Both the position numbers and the translations under genes were made by a program. A stretch of 41,303 nt of DNA, from positions 1 through 41,303 of the forward strand of contig CASRZP010000001.1 in NCBI GenBank assembly GCA_949440065.1, in the 5' to 3' direction. The notes below the pieces were generated by a model that saw nothing but the letters and a program-made list of their open reading frames with translations, ran no database searches and had not been told where the DNA came from. Within the stretch, counting starts at the first letter, position 1. The number at the start of each line of letters is the position of its first letter. Origin of the DNA: an uncultured Bacilli bacterium. GTDB taxonomy: Bacteria > Bacillota_I > Bacilli_A > RF39 > UBA660. Positions 1 through 8,599 of the stretch are shown piece by piece.

Positions 1-2
1 GA

Positions 3-428
3 CAAGATTATGTGATAGTAAATCGTTTAACTGATTATAAAAAGACAAATATCAAAACATTAGTGTATCCTGGATTTCCAACGGATTTGCAACAACCATT
101 TATGACGTTATTAACACAATGTGAAGGAACATCTAGGGTAGTTGAAACGATTTTTGAAAAACGTTTTATGCATGTAGAGCAGTTGAATAAAATGGGTGCT
201 TCAATAAAAGTAGATGGTCAAGTAGCGTTGATTAAGGGAAAAACACCTTTAAAAGGTATGGTTGTACAAGCTACTGATTTAAGAGCTGGAGCTTCATTAC
301 TTGCGGCTGCTTTAATTGCAAATGGTACAACTGTGATAGAAAATGTCGAACATATTTTAAGGGGATACGAGGAAATAGTAGAAAAATTGACAAACGTCGG
401 TGCTAAAATAGAGATTAAAGAAATATAG
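3..428 (+). CDS. murA: UDP-N-acetylglucosamine 1-carboxyvinyltransferase (MurA), C-terminal part; the 5' end lies outside the window
   Basis: The frame stays open back to base 3, so the window edge truncates the gene. The translation (PGFPTDLQQPFMTLLTQCEGTS...ATDLRAGASLLAAALIANGTT...ILRGYE) matches conserved C-terminal MurA motifs. Confidence 0.9.
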   Translation, partial: QDYVIVNRLTDYKKTNIKTLVYPGFPTDLQQPFMTLLTQCEGTSRVVETIFEKRFMHVEQLNKMGASIKVDGQVALIKGKTPLKGMVVQATDLRAGASLLAAALIANGTTVIENVEHILRGYEEIVEKLTNVGAKIEIKEI

Positions 429-467
429 TATACTATATTATTATCTCTTTTTTTATGGGAGGATGTT

Positions 468-1193
468 ATGAAATATAGGAAAATTATCATTTGTGTGGTT
501 ATCTTTTTCTCTATTTATTTGATTTATCGTCTAACGACGACACATTCTTTTACTTACCTTGCTTTAGGAGATTCCGTTGCCATAGGTCAAAATCCTTATG
601 GAGTAATCGGTTATGGTTATAGCGATTATGTAGCTAATTATTTAGAAAGAAATAATTTATTAAAATTTTATACCAAAGAATATGCAAAAAGTGGTGCCAG
701 AAGTACAGATTTATTACAAGATATTCAAAATAATAAAGAAATTATCGTTGATGGAAAGGAACAACATTTAAAGGTTTTGTTAAGAGAAGCCGATTTGATT
801 ACTATTTCTATTGGAGCAAATGACTTCTTTCAGGAGATTAATGTAAAGGATCTAAGTAGTATATCTTATGAAGCAATTGAAAAGGCATTAAAAAAGGTGG
901 ATATTCTACTAAAAGAGGTTCGTAAGTATAATAAAAAAGATATTTTTGTTATTGGGTATTATAATCCTTTTCCATTAATTAAAGAGTTTGATCCGATAAT
1001 CGATTATGTAGATTCAAAGTATGAAGATATGTGTAAGAAATATAAAATGACTTATATTAAAGTGTCACAAGATTTTAGAAATACGGAAGATGTTTTACCT
1101 AATCCTTTAGATATTCATCCGAATAATAAAGGGTATTCTATCATTGCAGATAAAATTATTGATGAAATAGAAAATAGTATTTTAAATAAATAA
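468..1193 (+). CDS. SGNH/GDSL-family hydrolase with an N-terminal membrane anchor
   Basis: There is an N-terminal hydrophobic helix. SGNH block I is present (LALGDSVAIGQ), followed by block III (GANDF) and a C-terminal D-x-x-H-like block (DIHPNNKGY). Confidence 0.7.
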   Translation: MKYRKIIICVVIFFSIYLIYRLTTTHSFTYLALGDSVAIGQNPYGVIGYGYSDYVANYLERNNLLKFYTKEYAKSGARSTDLLQDIQNNKEIIVDGKEQHLKVLLREADLITISIGANDFFQEINVKDLSSISYEAIEKALKKVDILLKEVRKYNKKDIFVIGYYNPFPLIKEFDPIIDYVDSKYEDMCKKYKMTYIKVSQDFRNTEDVLPNPLDIHPNNKGYSIIADKIIDEIENSILNK

Positions 1194-1366
1194 AAGTTTC
1201 AAATTTAATATCCATTTCTTTGTCTTTTCATCATCAAATTAAGATATTTAAACAAGTTTTACTAATTTTATTAATTTATATTCTAACATAATAATTTAAA
1301 ACACTCAACAAAAACAAAGATATATTCACTGATATGATAAAAAAAACACAAATCATTCAAATTAAC

Positions 1367-1395
1367 TTGCCAAATGATAATTTTATTGATATACT
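1367..1395 (+). promoter_or_regulatory. Candidate sigma-A promoter for rpmE (TTGCCA-N17-TATACT)
   Basis: The -35 TTGCCA is at 1367-1372, followed by a 17-nt spacer and the -10 TATACT at 1390-1395. This lies about 60 nt upstream of the rpmE start. A 7-bp hairpin (ATGATTA/TAATCAT) sits in the leader. Confidence 0.4.
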
Positions 1396-1454
1396 ATTGT
1401 CGCTAGTGAATTTACTATGATTAGTATTAATCATGGCGGAAGGAGAGATGAAAA

Positions 1455-1664
1455 ATGAAAGCTAATATTCATCCAAATTATTGTGATACCAAAGTAATTT
1501 GTTCTTGTGGTGAAACATTTATGACAAAGTCAACAAAACCTGAAATTCATGTAGAAGTATGTTCAAAATGTCATCCTTTTTATACAGGAAAACAGAGTAG
1601 ATCATCTAAAGCAGGACGTGTTGATAAATTTAATAAAAAATTTGGTTTCACAGAACAAGCTTAA
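1455..1664 (+). CDS. rpmE: 50S ribosomal protein L31 (Zn-binding type, CxxC...CxxC)
   Basis: MKANIHPNY...CSCG...[12 protein letters not shown] is the canonical L31 signature. A strong RBS (GGAAGGAGAG) lies upstream. Confidence 0.95.
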   Translation: MKANIHPNYCDTKVICSCGETFMTKSTKPEIHVEVCSKCHPFYTGKQSRSSKAGRVDKFNKKFGFTEQA

Positions 1665-1691
1665 ACTTAGATTGAATTCTAAGTTTTTTTC
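1665..1691 (+). terminator. Rho-independent terminator of rpmE
   Basis: The stem ACTTAGA (1665-1671) pairs with TCTAAGT (1678-1684) around a 6-nt loop. A T-run follows. Confidence 0.6.
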
Positions 1692-1729
1692 TATATTCTT
1701 GTGGTATAATAAGTAAGGAAGGTGAAGAA

Positions 1730-2176
1730 ATGAAAGTAGGAATAGTTAGCGATCATCGTGGATTTGAATTGAAGCAAAAATTAATAGAACATTTGTTAAC
1801 ACAATATGAATGTGTTGATTTAGGAACCAATGATAAGACTTCTGTAGATTATCCTGATTATGCCTTTTTATTAGGAGAAAAGGTAGCTCAAGGCGAGCTT
1901 GATTTTGGTATTGCTATTTGTGGTAGTGGCATTGGGATTAGTATTGCATGCAATAAAGTAAAAGGAGTAAGATGTGCTAAAGTATCTAATCAAGAAGAAG
2001 CAAAATATACAAGATTAGATAATGATGCTAATATTATTGCTTTAGCTGCCTCAATACCATTAGAAGAAGCAATAAAATATGTAGAAACTTTTCTTACTAC
2101 TAGATTTTCCAAGGAAGAACGACATATTCGTCGCATAGAGAAAATAACTTTTTATGAAAATGGTGAAAGAGGATGA
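1730..2176 (+). CDS. rpiB: Ribose-5-phosphate isomerase B (RpiB/LacAB family)
   Basis: MKVGIVSDHRGFELKQKL...GIAICGSGIGISIACNKVKGVRCA is the typical RpiB active-site region. Confidence 0.9.
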   Translation: MKVGIVSDHRGFELKQKLIEHLLTQYECVDLGTNDKTSVDYPDYAFLLGEKVAQGELDFGIAICGSGIGISIACNKVKGVRCAKVSNQEEAKYTRLDNDANIIALAASIPLEEAIKYVETFLTTRFSKEERHIRRIEKITFYENGERG

Positions 2177-2373
2177 GCGTAAAAGTTTATTTATATGCCT
2201 TAGTAACTATTTTTGTCATTTTTGCTATGGATGGTATAAATATTAATGCCATTTTTAAAAAAAATCAAATTTTTAAAGCAAGGTTAGTATACTTTTTTCT
2301 TTGTCTATCTATATCATACTTAGTAACTAATTTTTTATACGACATATTTGAAGCAACAAAAATATATTATTAA
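2173..2373 (+). CDS. Small two-TM membrane protein, possibly DUF1146/YwzB-like
   Basis: The start overlaps the rpiB stop (ATGA), which suggests translational coupling. The protein has two hydrophobic helices separated by a basic loop (FKKNQIFKAR). The family assignment is from memory of the YwzB architecture. Confidence 0.45.
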   Translation: MSVKVYLYALVTIFVIFAMDGININAIFKKNQIFKARLVYFFLCLSISYLVTNFLYDIFEATKIYY

Positions 2374-2419
2374 TGTATATTTTTTTCATTTTGGTAAACA
2401 CTTTTACTGAGGTGGAAAA

Positions 2420-3058
2420 ATGAAAAAGAAACTAAAATTAAAACCCTTTGTATTACCTAGTATTTATTTATTAGCAGTATTAGCCTTAGTTATTGGTATT
2501 TTTACAACATCAAAGACACTAAAAGAACCAGAAAATGAAAATATAACTTATGTGTCTAATGCTATTTTTGGAACGACAATTCCTGTAATGAATGTAGAGG
2601 ATAACTCTACAGTAAAAGTAATTCATCCATATTTAAAGGAAAATGTAAAAATTGATAAGTATTTTTATGATTATCAAGGAGATGAAGCCAAACAGCAACA
2701 ATCAATAATTGAACATGAAAATACTTATATGCAAAATTCAGGAATTGACTTTGTTAGTGAGGAATCCTTTGATGTTGTATCAGTACTTGATGGAACAGTA
2801 ATTGATGTAAAAACCGATGAAATATTAGGAAAAATTGTTGAAATACGTCACGGAAACAACTTAATTAGTATTTATCAAAGTTTAGGTGATGTAAAAGTTG
2901 CTAAAAATGATACGGTAAAACAAGGACAAGTTATTGGAGTATCAGGAAAAAATGAATTGAGTACTCATGAAAATCAACTTCATTTTGAATTATTTTCTAA
3001 AGGTGTAATAGTAAATCCTGAAAACTATTTTGATAAATCAATTGACAATCAAGACTAA
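2420..3058 (+). CDS. Membrane-anchored degenerate M23/LytM-domain protein, SpoIIQ-like
   Basis: There is an N-terminal TM helix and a C-terminal LytM fold (VEIRHGNNLISIYQSLG...QGQVIGVSG...QLHFELF). The metal-ligand histidines are substituted: NSGIDF replaces HxGID and QLH replaces HxH. The gene sits directly upstream of spoIIID. Confidence 0.55.
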   Translation: MKKKLKLKPFVLPSIYLLAVLALVIGIFTTSKTLKEPENENITYVSNAIFGTTIPVMNVEDNSTVKVIHPYLKENVKIDKYFYDYQGDEAKQQQSIIEHENTYMQNSGIDFVSEESFDVVSVLDGTVIDVKTDEILGKIVEIRHGNNLISIYQSLGDVKVAKNDTVKQGQVIGVSGKNELSTHENQLHFELFSKGVIVNPENYFDKSIDNQD

Positions 3059-3072
3059 AATAGTCTTTTTTT
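3051..3072 (+). terminator. Rho-independent terminator overlapping the stop codon
   Basis: AAGACT (3051-3056) pairs with AGTCTT (3062-3067) around a 5-nt loop. A T-run follows. Confidence 0.5.
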
Positions 3073-3117
3073 CTTCTAGAAAATTAAAAAATTCATATAG
3101 TACAGTAGGAGGAATAT

Positions 3118-3369
3118 ATGAATATTGATTTAGAAAAAATAGTACTTAAGGAGGCAAAGTACATGTTAGAAAATGACGCTACCATAAGAGAAATTGCCAA
3201 AACGAGTAATCGGAGTAAAAGTAGTGTGCATAAAGATTTACAAGTAAGATTAGAAGATATTGATATTACTTTGTATAAACAGGTACAAAAAGTATTAAAA
3301 AAACATTTAGAAATTCGTCATATAAAAGGAGGAGAATCCACTAGGCAAAAATATGCAAAAATAGTATAA
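3118..3369 (+). CDS. spoIIID: Stage III sporulation protein D (SpoIIID), mother-cell transcription factor
   Basis: The 83-aa protein has the characteristic HTH (TIREIAKTSNRSKSSVHKDL) and a C-terminal basic tail (HIKGGESTRQKY). It lies immediately upstream of an mreB-family gene, as in B. subtilis spoIIID-mbl. Confidence 0.9.
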   Translation: MNIDLEKIVLKEAKYMLENDATIREIAKTSNRSKSSVHKDLQVRLEDIDITLYKQVQKVLKKHLEIRHIKGGESTRQKYAKIV

Positions 3370-3413
3370 AGTGTTTATCTTTTGTAAATAATATAGATAT
3401 ACGGAGGTTATTT

Positions 3414-4397
3414 ATGAAAGATATAGGTATCGATTTAGGTACAGCAAATGTATTAGTATACGTTAAAGGTGAAGGAATTGTTGTAAATGAACCTAGCGTG
3501 GTAGCTATTGATAATGAGACAAAAAAGGTTTTAGCTGTTGGAAAAGATGCTAGTGCCATGCTTGGAAGAACACCAGGGAAAATTAAAGCAATTCGTCCTA
3601 TGCAAGATGGGGTGATTGCTGATTTTGAAATGACAGAGATGATGTTAAACCATTTTCTTCAAAAAATTAAAGGAAAAGGGATTATTTCTAAACCTAGAAT
3701 TTTAATTTGTTGTCCCGCGAATATTACCCAAGTAGAAAAAAATGCCATTAAAGAGGCAACAGAACGAACAGGAGCAAGGAAAGTCTATATCGAGGAAGAA
3801 CCAAAAGTTGCAGCCATTGGAGCAGGAATGGACATTTCACAACCGAGTGCTAGTATGGTAATAGATATCGGTGGTGGGACGACAGATATTGCTGTGTTAT
3901 CGTTAAATGGAATTGTCACTAGTACTTCAGTTCGTGTTGCAGGGAATACATTTGATCAAGATATTATTAAGTTTATTAAAGAAAAATATAAATTATTAAT
4001 CGGGGATAGAACAGCAGAAGAAATAAAAATTAAAATAGGTTCAGTATATGAAGGAGATAAAGATAATCGCCTTGAAGTAAAAGGACGAAACATTTCAACA
4101 GGACTCCCTAATACAATTGTTGTTAATTCTAAAGAAATCGAAGAATCACTAAAAGGTAGTGTGGATGTAATTATTAAGGCAGTAAAAAATGTATTGGAGA
4201 TTACTCCCCCTGAGTTATCTGCGGATATTATGGATAAAGGAATTGTCTTAACTGGAGGTGGAGCCTTAGTAAATGGTTTTCCTCAACTTTTAACAGAGCA
4301 ATTAAAGGTTCCTGTATTCATTGCTAGCTCACCATTAACGTGTGTGGCAGAAGGGACAGGCATTCTTTTAGATAACATAAAAATACTAGAGCAATGA
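3414..4397 (+). CDS. mbl: Rod-shape-determining actin homologue MreB/Mbl
   Basis: DIGIDLGTANVLVY...VIDIGGGTTDIAVLS...VLTGGGALV are the actin-fold phosphate and adenosine motifs of MreB. Confidence 0.9.
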   Translation: MKDIGIDLGTANVLVYVKGEGIVVNEPSVVAIDNETKKVLAVGKDASAMLGRTPGKIKAIRPMQDGVIADFEMTEMMLNHFLQKIKGKGIISKPRILICCPANITQVEKNAIKEATERTGARKVYIEEEPKVAAIGAGMDISQPSASMVIDIGGGTTDIAVLSLNGIVTSTSVRVAGNTFDQDIIKFIKEKYKLLIGDRTAEEIKIKIGSVYEGDKDNRLEVKGRNISTGLPNTIVVNSKEIEESLKGSVDVIIKAVKNVLEITPPELSADIMDKGIVLTGGGALVNGFPQLLTEQLKVPVFIASSPLTCVAEGTGILLDNIKILEQ

Positions 4398-4463
4398 GAA
4401 TTTGCTTTTTTTTCTTTGTCATCATAATAAATTTTTGATATAATGCCATTAGAAGGTGATAAA

Positions 4464-5564
4464 ATGGCAAATGAAGAAATTTTAGCAATGATAAAGATTG
4501 TTTTAACCACGATGTTATTTTCAATAGTGGTTATGCCGTTAATGAAACGAATTGCTTCTCACATTGGTGCAATTGATATGCCCCGTGAGGATGAAGGAAA
4601 CCGTCATATTCACCATCGCCCTATACCTAAGTTAGGTGGGGTAGGCATTTTTTTAGGTTTTCTTTTTGGATATATGCTTTTTGGAATTCATAGTATTCAA
4701 ATGAACGCCATTTTAATTGGTAGTTTTGTTATAGTTTTAACAGGAATTATCGATGATATTAAGCCCCTTAGGGCATCCCACAAATTGATTGGACAAGTAT
4801 CAGCAGGATGTATTATTGCCTTTTATGGAAAAATTTTATTAACTGATATTACAGCCTTTGGTTTTTCTTTTAACTTTGGCATAATGGCATATCCGCTAAC
4901 TATTTTATTTGTTGTAGCTTGTGTTAATATTATTAATTTGATTGATGGTCTTGATGGTCTTAGTGGAGGAATTTCTTCAATATTTTATTTGACAATTAGT
5001 ATTATTTGTTATTTTCAAGGGCGTTATGGAAGTTTAGAACTTACATTAGCGTTAATTATGTTAGGATCTACGTTGGGCTTTCTGGTACATAATTTTTATC
5101 CAGCAAGTATATTCGCAGGAGATTGTACAATGTTTATGGGATATATCATTGCCGTAATTTCTTTATTGGGATTTAAAGGAACAGCCCTCACTTCATTTTT
5201 TGTTCCTTTATTAATATTAGCAATTCCCATTTTGGATACTTTATTTGCAATTATAAGACGAGTGCTCAAAAGAAAACCAATATTTTCTGCAGATAAAGAA
5301 CATTTACATCACCAATTGTTAGGAATGAATTTTTCTCATCGTAATACTGTACTTATTATTTATGCGATTAACATCTTATTTGCTTTAGCCTCTATATTCT
5401 ATATTTTAAAAGATCCTGTGTTAGGGAAAATTGTATATATTATATTATTTGTCATAGTTGTTTGGTTTGTTTTCTTTACAAGCGTAATCTCTGATAAAAA
5501 CCCAAGGAATATAAAAAAACTTGAAAAAATGGTAAAAGATAAGTTCACAAAGAAGAAAAAGTAA
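4464..5564 (+). CDS. tagO: Glycosyltransferase family 4 polyprenyl-phosphate HexNAc-1-phosphate transferase (TagO/WecA-like)
   Basis: This is a polytopic membrane protein with MraY/WecA motifs (IIDDIKPL, NLIDGLDGL, FAGDCTMFMGY). I prefer the ATG at 4464 because the RBS GAAGGTGA lies 4 nt upstream. The track ORF starts at 4443. Confidence 0.75.
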   Translation: MANEEILAMIKIVLTTMLFSIVVMPLMKRIASHIGAIDMPREDEGNRHIHHRPIPKLGGVGIFLGFLFGYMLFGIHSIQMNAILIGSFVIVLTGIIDDIKPLRASHKLIGQVSAGCIIAFYGKILLTDITAFGFSFNFGIMAYPLTILFVVACVNIINLIDGLDGLSGGISSIFYLTISIICYFQGRYGSLELTLALIMLGSTLGFLVHNFYPASIFAGDCTMFMGYIIAVISLLGFKGTALTSFFVPLLILAIPILDTLFAIIRRVLKRKPIFSADKEHLHHQLLGMNFSHRNTVLIIYAINILFALASIFYILKDPVLGKIVYIILFVIVVWFVFFTSVISDKNPRNIKKLEKMVKDKFTKKKK

Positions 5565-5648
5565 ACAAATAGTAACTTTTTCTTTTTTCTGCTTTGCATT
5601 ATAGGAAAAATATGGTAAAATACTGTACTAATGAAATGAGGGGTAATT

Positions 5649-6383
5649 GTGATTAATTTTATTATTTATGAAGATGAACTTATATTTAAAGAAGAGTACA
5701 TTAAAGTAATTCACCGTGTTATGGGAAGTGATACTAGTGTATACAAGATTCACCATTTTTCTTCTTATACAGAAAACCTAAAGAATTTGATTGAGAATAA
5801 TCGAGAGAAAAAGATTTATATTTTGGATATTGAAGTACCTAATTCTAAATCTGGGATTGATTTAGCCAGACAAATCCGAAATTGTCATGATTGGACAAGT
5901 CAAATTATTATGGTTACTGCTCATGAAGGACTAAAAGAGGGTGATTTTAGGAGTAAGGTACTAATGCTCAATTTTATTTCTAAGTATGATGATTGTTATA
6001 ATGATTTAATGAAAAGTTTGATGTTAGCACACGAAATATTAACATATGATCGACAGCTATCTATTATGCAGGAAGGAGAAATTTATCAGTTTCCTTATGA
6101 TGATATTCAGTATATTGAAAAAGACTTGGATACTGAATATGCCGTCATTCATACGAGCAAAGACTTATTAAGCGTTCGTCAGTCAATGATTAGCTTATTA
6201 AAACAACTAGATAATGATCCACGCTTTATTAGAACACACCGTAGTTGTATTGTGAATGTTTATAATATTAAAAGCGTGGATTTTCTAAATAGTATCATCA
6301 AGTTTAAAAATGGAAAAACAACAGATTTACTGTCACGAAGATATAAACGAGACTTGAAAGAACATCTATTAGTAAAAATCTAA
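5649..6383 (+). CDS. agrA: LytTR-family response regulator (AgrA-like)
   Basis: The receiver domain has an acidic pocket (YEDE), a phospho-acceptor context (ILDIEVP), T (MVTAH) and K (ISKYD). The C-terminal LytTR DNA-binding domain is present (IQYIEKD...FIRTHRSCIVNVYNI). The start is GTG with a GAGGGG RBS. Confidence 0.85.
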   Translation: MINFIIYEDELIFKEEYIKVIHRVMGSDTSVYKIHHFSSYTENLKNLIENNREKKIYILDIEVPNSKSGIDLARQIRNCHDWTSQIIMVTAHEGLKEGDFRSKVLMLNFISKYDDCYNDLMKSLMLAHEILTYDRQLSIMQEGEIYQFPYDDIQYIEKDLDTEYAVIHTSKDLLSVRQSMISLLKQLDNDPRFIRTHRSCIVNVYNIKSVDFLNSIIKFKNGKTTDLLSRRYKRDLKEHLLVKI

Positions 6384-6403
6384 AGAAAGAGGAGTGATTA
6401 GAT

Positions 6404-7702
6404 ATGTTAGATTTTTTGTATGTTTATGTTTGCTCATTATTTAGTAGTTTAGCAATTTATTATGTTGGATATTCATTATGTGGAAATGGAAAGAAATTTT
6501 TTAGACTAAGAAGTGTAATATTATTATTGATTTTAGCCTTTTTGGTTATGGGATTATATGGTTTTATAGATATGAATTTAAGAATTCCATTGTGTTATTA
6601 TCTTTTTACTATGTTTTTTCTATTTTTCTTTAGACAACCGACTACAAATACAATGGTAGCTTCTTTGATTTCTTATGTGATTATCATTATTAGTGATTTT
6701 CCTATCTTACTTGGTTATATTGGTTTAAATTGGCTAACAGGAAATATGTTCAATTTTATTAACGAAACGATTATTGCTAACATTTTAGTAGTATTGATAT
6801 CAATGGCAATTGTTGGTATTTTTAAGAAACAACTAATAATACTATACAATAAGTTATGTAATACAAAAAAGATTGATCTTATTATATTAGCTCCAATGTT
6901 CTTTGTTACTATTGGTACCATTTTCTTTAAAGCAGGTATTAGTGGTTGGATGTATGATGAAACATTGTGGTTAAACTTACTTTTAGTAGTAACTTTTACT
7001 TCAATAACGATATATTTACTAAAAGAACAAATGAATAATGTTACAATGAAAGAAAATTATGAAGAGCTAGGAAAATATGTTAAGAATAGTGAGCAATTAA
7101 TTGAGGAATATAGGATTACGCAACATGAAAATAAAAATCAATTAGTAGTAATTAAAACAATGGTTAATACTAAAAATGAAGAACTTAATGAATATTTAGA
7201 CAACATCATCAAGGAAAAACATACCATAAAATATAAATGGATTACTTCATTAAAAAATATTCCATTAGGTTGTGTTAAGGGGTTAATTCATTTTAAACTA
7301 TTAACTATGGAAGAGTTAGGAATTTCAATTGATATTAATGTAAGTAAAGAAGTAGAAAATTCTATTTTGAAAGATTTCCCAGTAAAAAATTGGGATAGTT
7401 TAAATAAAATTGTAGGTGTATTTTTAGATAATGCAATAGAAGCAACACAAATGTGTAAAGATAAGAAATTTATTATGGATGTTTATTTAGAAAATGATAC
7501 TGTTGTGTTTGAATTTGCTAATACATTTGATGAAGTAAATCAGGATGAAGATAAGTTTATATCAACGAAAGATAAAAATAGAGGACATGGTTTAATTTTA
7601 GTAAGGCGTATAATAAAATCATCTGAAATTTATAGCAATGAAACAAGTATCAAAGGTGGATATTTTATTCAAGTATTAAAAATCAAAAAGCCTACTGATT
7701 AG
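6404..7702 (+). CDS. agrC: AgrC-like (HPK10-type) membrane sensor histidine kinase
   Basis: The first ~200 aa form a polytopic sensor with about 6-7 TM helices. It has an H-box (RITQHENKNQL), an N-box (FLDNAIEA) and a G-box (NRGHGLILV). It lies directly downstream of the LytTR regulator. Confidence 0.8.
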   Translation: MLDFLYVYVCSLFSSLAIYYVGYSLCGNGKKFFRLRSVILLLILAFLVMGLYGFIDMNLRIPLCYYLFTMFFLFFFRQPTTNTMVASLISYVIIIISDFPILLGYIGLNWLTGNMFNFINETIIANILVVLISMAIVGIFKKQLIILYNKLCNTKKIDLIILAPMFFVTIGTIFFKAGISGWMYDETLWLNLLLVVTFTSITIYLLKEQMNNVTMKENYEELGKYVKNSEQLIEEYRITQHENKNQLVVIKTMVNTKNEELNEYLDNIIKEKHTIKYKWITSLKNIPLGCVKGLIHFKLLTMEELGISIDINVSKEVENSILKDFPVKNWDSLNKIVGVFLDNAIEATQMCKDKKFIMDVYLENDTVVFEFANTFDEVNQDEDKFISTKDKNRGHGLILVRRIIKSSEIYSNETSIKGGYFIQVLKIKKPTD

Positions 7703-7770
7703 ATACCCCAAAGTAAGATTGGTGCAATAAATTTTATTAATCGGTAAAAATAATACACCAAGTAAATAGT

Positions 7771-7806
7771 AAATAAAAAAGCTATCGATAAAATAGCCTT
7801 TTTATT
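7771..7806. terminator. Candidate bidirectional terminator between the convergent agrAC-like and agrBD-like operons
   Basis: GCTAT (7781-7785) pairs with ATAGC (7793-7797). An A-run flanks it on the left and a T-run on the right. The stem is short, so this call is weak. Confidence 0.4.
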
Positions 7807-7821
7807 TACCATATCGTGTAA

Positions 7822-7947
7822 TTATTTAGTTAATAAACTCATTGGTGCTTCTGGTTCATCCATAACTACGATAATGCATGCAGCACTTGCAGCACCAGCA
7901 GCTAAGATACCAAGTCCAGTTAAAACTGAAGCTAATAATTTTTTCAT
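7822..7947 (-). CDS. agrD: AgrD-like autoinducing-peptide precursor (41 aa), absent from the ORF track
   Basis: The minus-strand ATG is at 7947 and the TAA stop at 7822-7824. A GGAGG RBS lies 5 nt upstream. The translation is MKKLLASVLTGLGILAAGAASAACIIVVMDEPEAPMSLLTK. It has a hydrophobic/amphipathic leader, a single Cys core, and an acidic Pro-containing tail (DEPEAP). It lies 55 nt downstream of the agrB-like gene. Confidence 0.8.
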   Translation of the reverse strand: MKKLLASVLTGLGILAAGAASAACIIVVMDEPEAPMSLLTK

Positions 7948-8002
7948 ACGTACCTCCTACTATTATTTTTGTTCAAATATTATTTATAAAAATATTTAAA
8001 CC

Positions 8003-8599
8003 TTATTGATAGTTCTTATAATTGTTATAAGGTTGTCCTGATAACTTATAAGATAATGGACAGATCATTACTGCCTCTAAAATCATAGATGTCAATAAAA
8101 TATTCGATAAAAAGTTATCGTGTATCATAAGCAAGATAATCATAAAGATAATTCCCGTTACTGTCGTCATTATTCGATAAAAAACTCTTTTTTTACGATT
8201 TAAAATTGGTCTTTTCTTAGTATCTGCAGGAGCAAATAATAGAAATAGGATTACACAAATACTAGATAAAATAATTTTTATGGGTGTCGTTAGCATCATG
8301 ATCATACACAAATAGGGTAATAAGATAAAAATTAAAGTGGAAAATATCCAACATATCCAGCTTTTTGTAGCATGTAGTCCAAATCCAGTTAATCGTAAAA
8401 GATTGAAGAAAAACATCAATAATAACGTTTCCTTGAGAGAACCAAGTAATAAAGCACATAGCAATATGGTAACAATTTTTGTTAATGTTAGATATATTGC
8501 TTCTAGTCCATATTTAATTTCAAGAAGTTTCTCTTCTGAAAAATCTGGATTAAAGTTTTTAACTAATTTTAATGAATTACCAATTACATACTGCTTCAT
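8003..8599 (-). CDS. agrB: AgrB-family membrane endopeptidase (AIP-processing)
   Basis: This is a polytopic membrane protein with the AgrB signature LRLTGFGLHATKSWICW. The His and Cys are 7 residues apart, matching the spacing of the catalytic H77/C84 pair in S. aureus AgrB. An AAGGAG RBS is present. Confidence 0.85.
   Translation of the reverse strand: MKQYVIGNSLKLVKNFNPDFSEEKLLEIKYGLEAIYLTLTKIVTILLCALLLGSLKETLLLMFFFNLLRLTGFGLHATKSWICWIFSTLIFILLPYLCMIMMLTTPIKIILSSICVILFLLFAPADTKKRPILNRKKRVFYRIMTTVTGIIFMIILLMIHDNFLSNILLTSMILEAVMICPLSYKLSGQPYNNYKNYQ

Noticed and set aside
218-490. The minus-strand 90-aa ORF antisense to murA. The same class of track ORFs occurs at 3341-3559, 4283-4524, 5399-5599 and 6715-6921.
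   Set aside because: Each lies wholly or largely antisense to, or out of frame with, a strongly supported gene. None has a convincing RBS. Their translations are low-complexity (I/F/L/K/S-rich), as expected from AT-rich antisense sequence.
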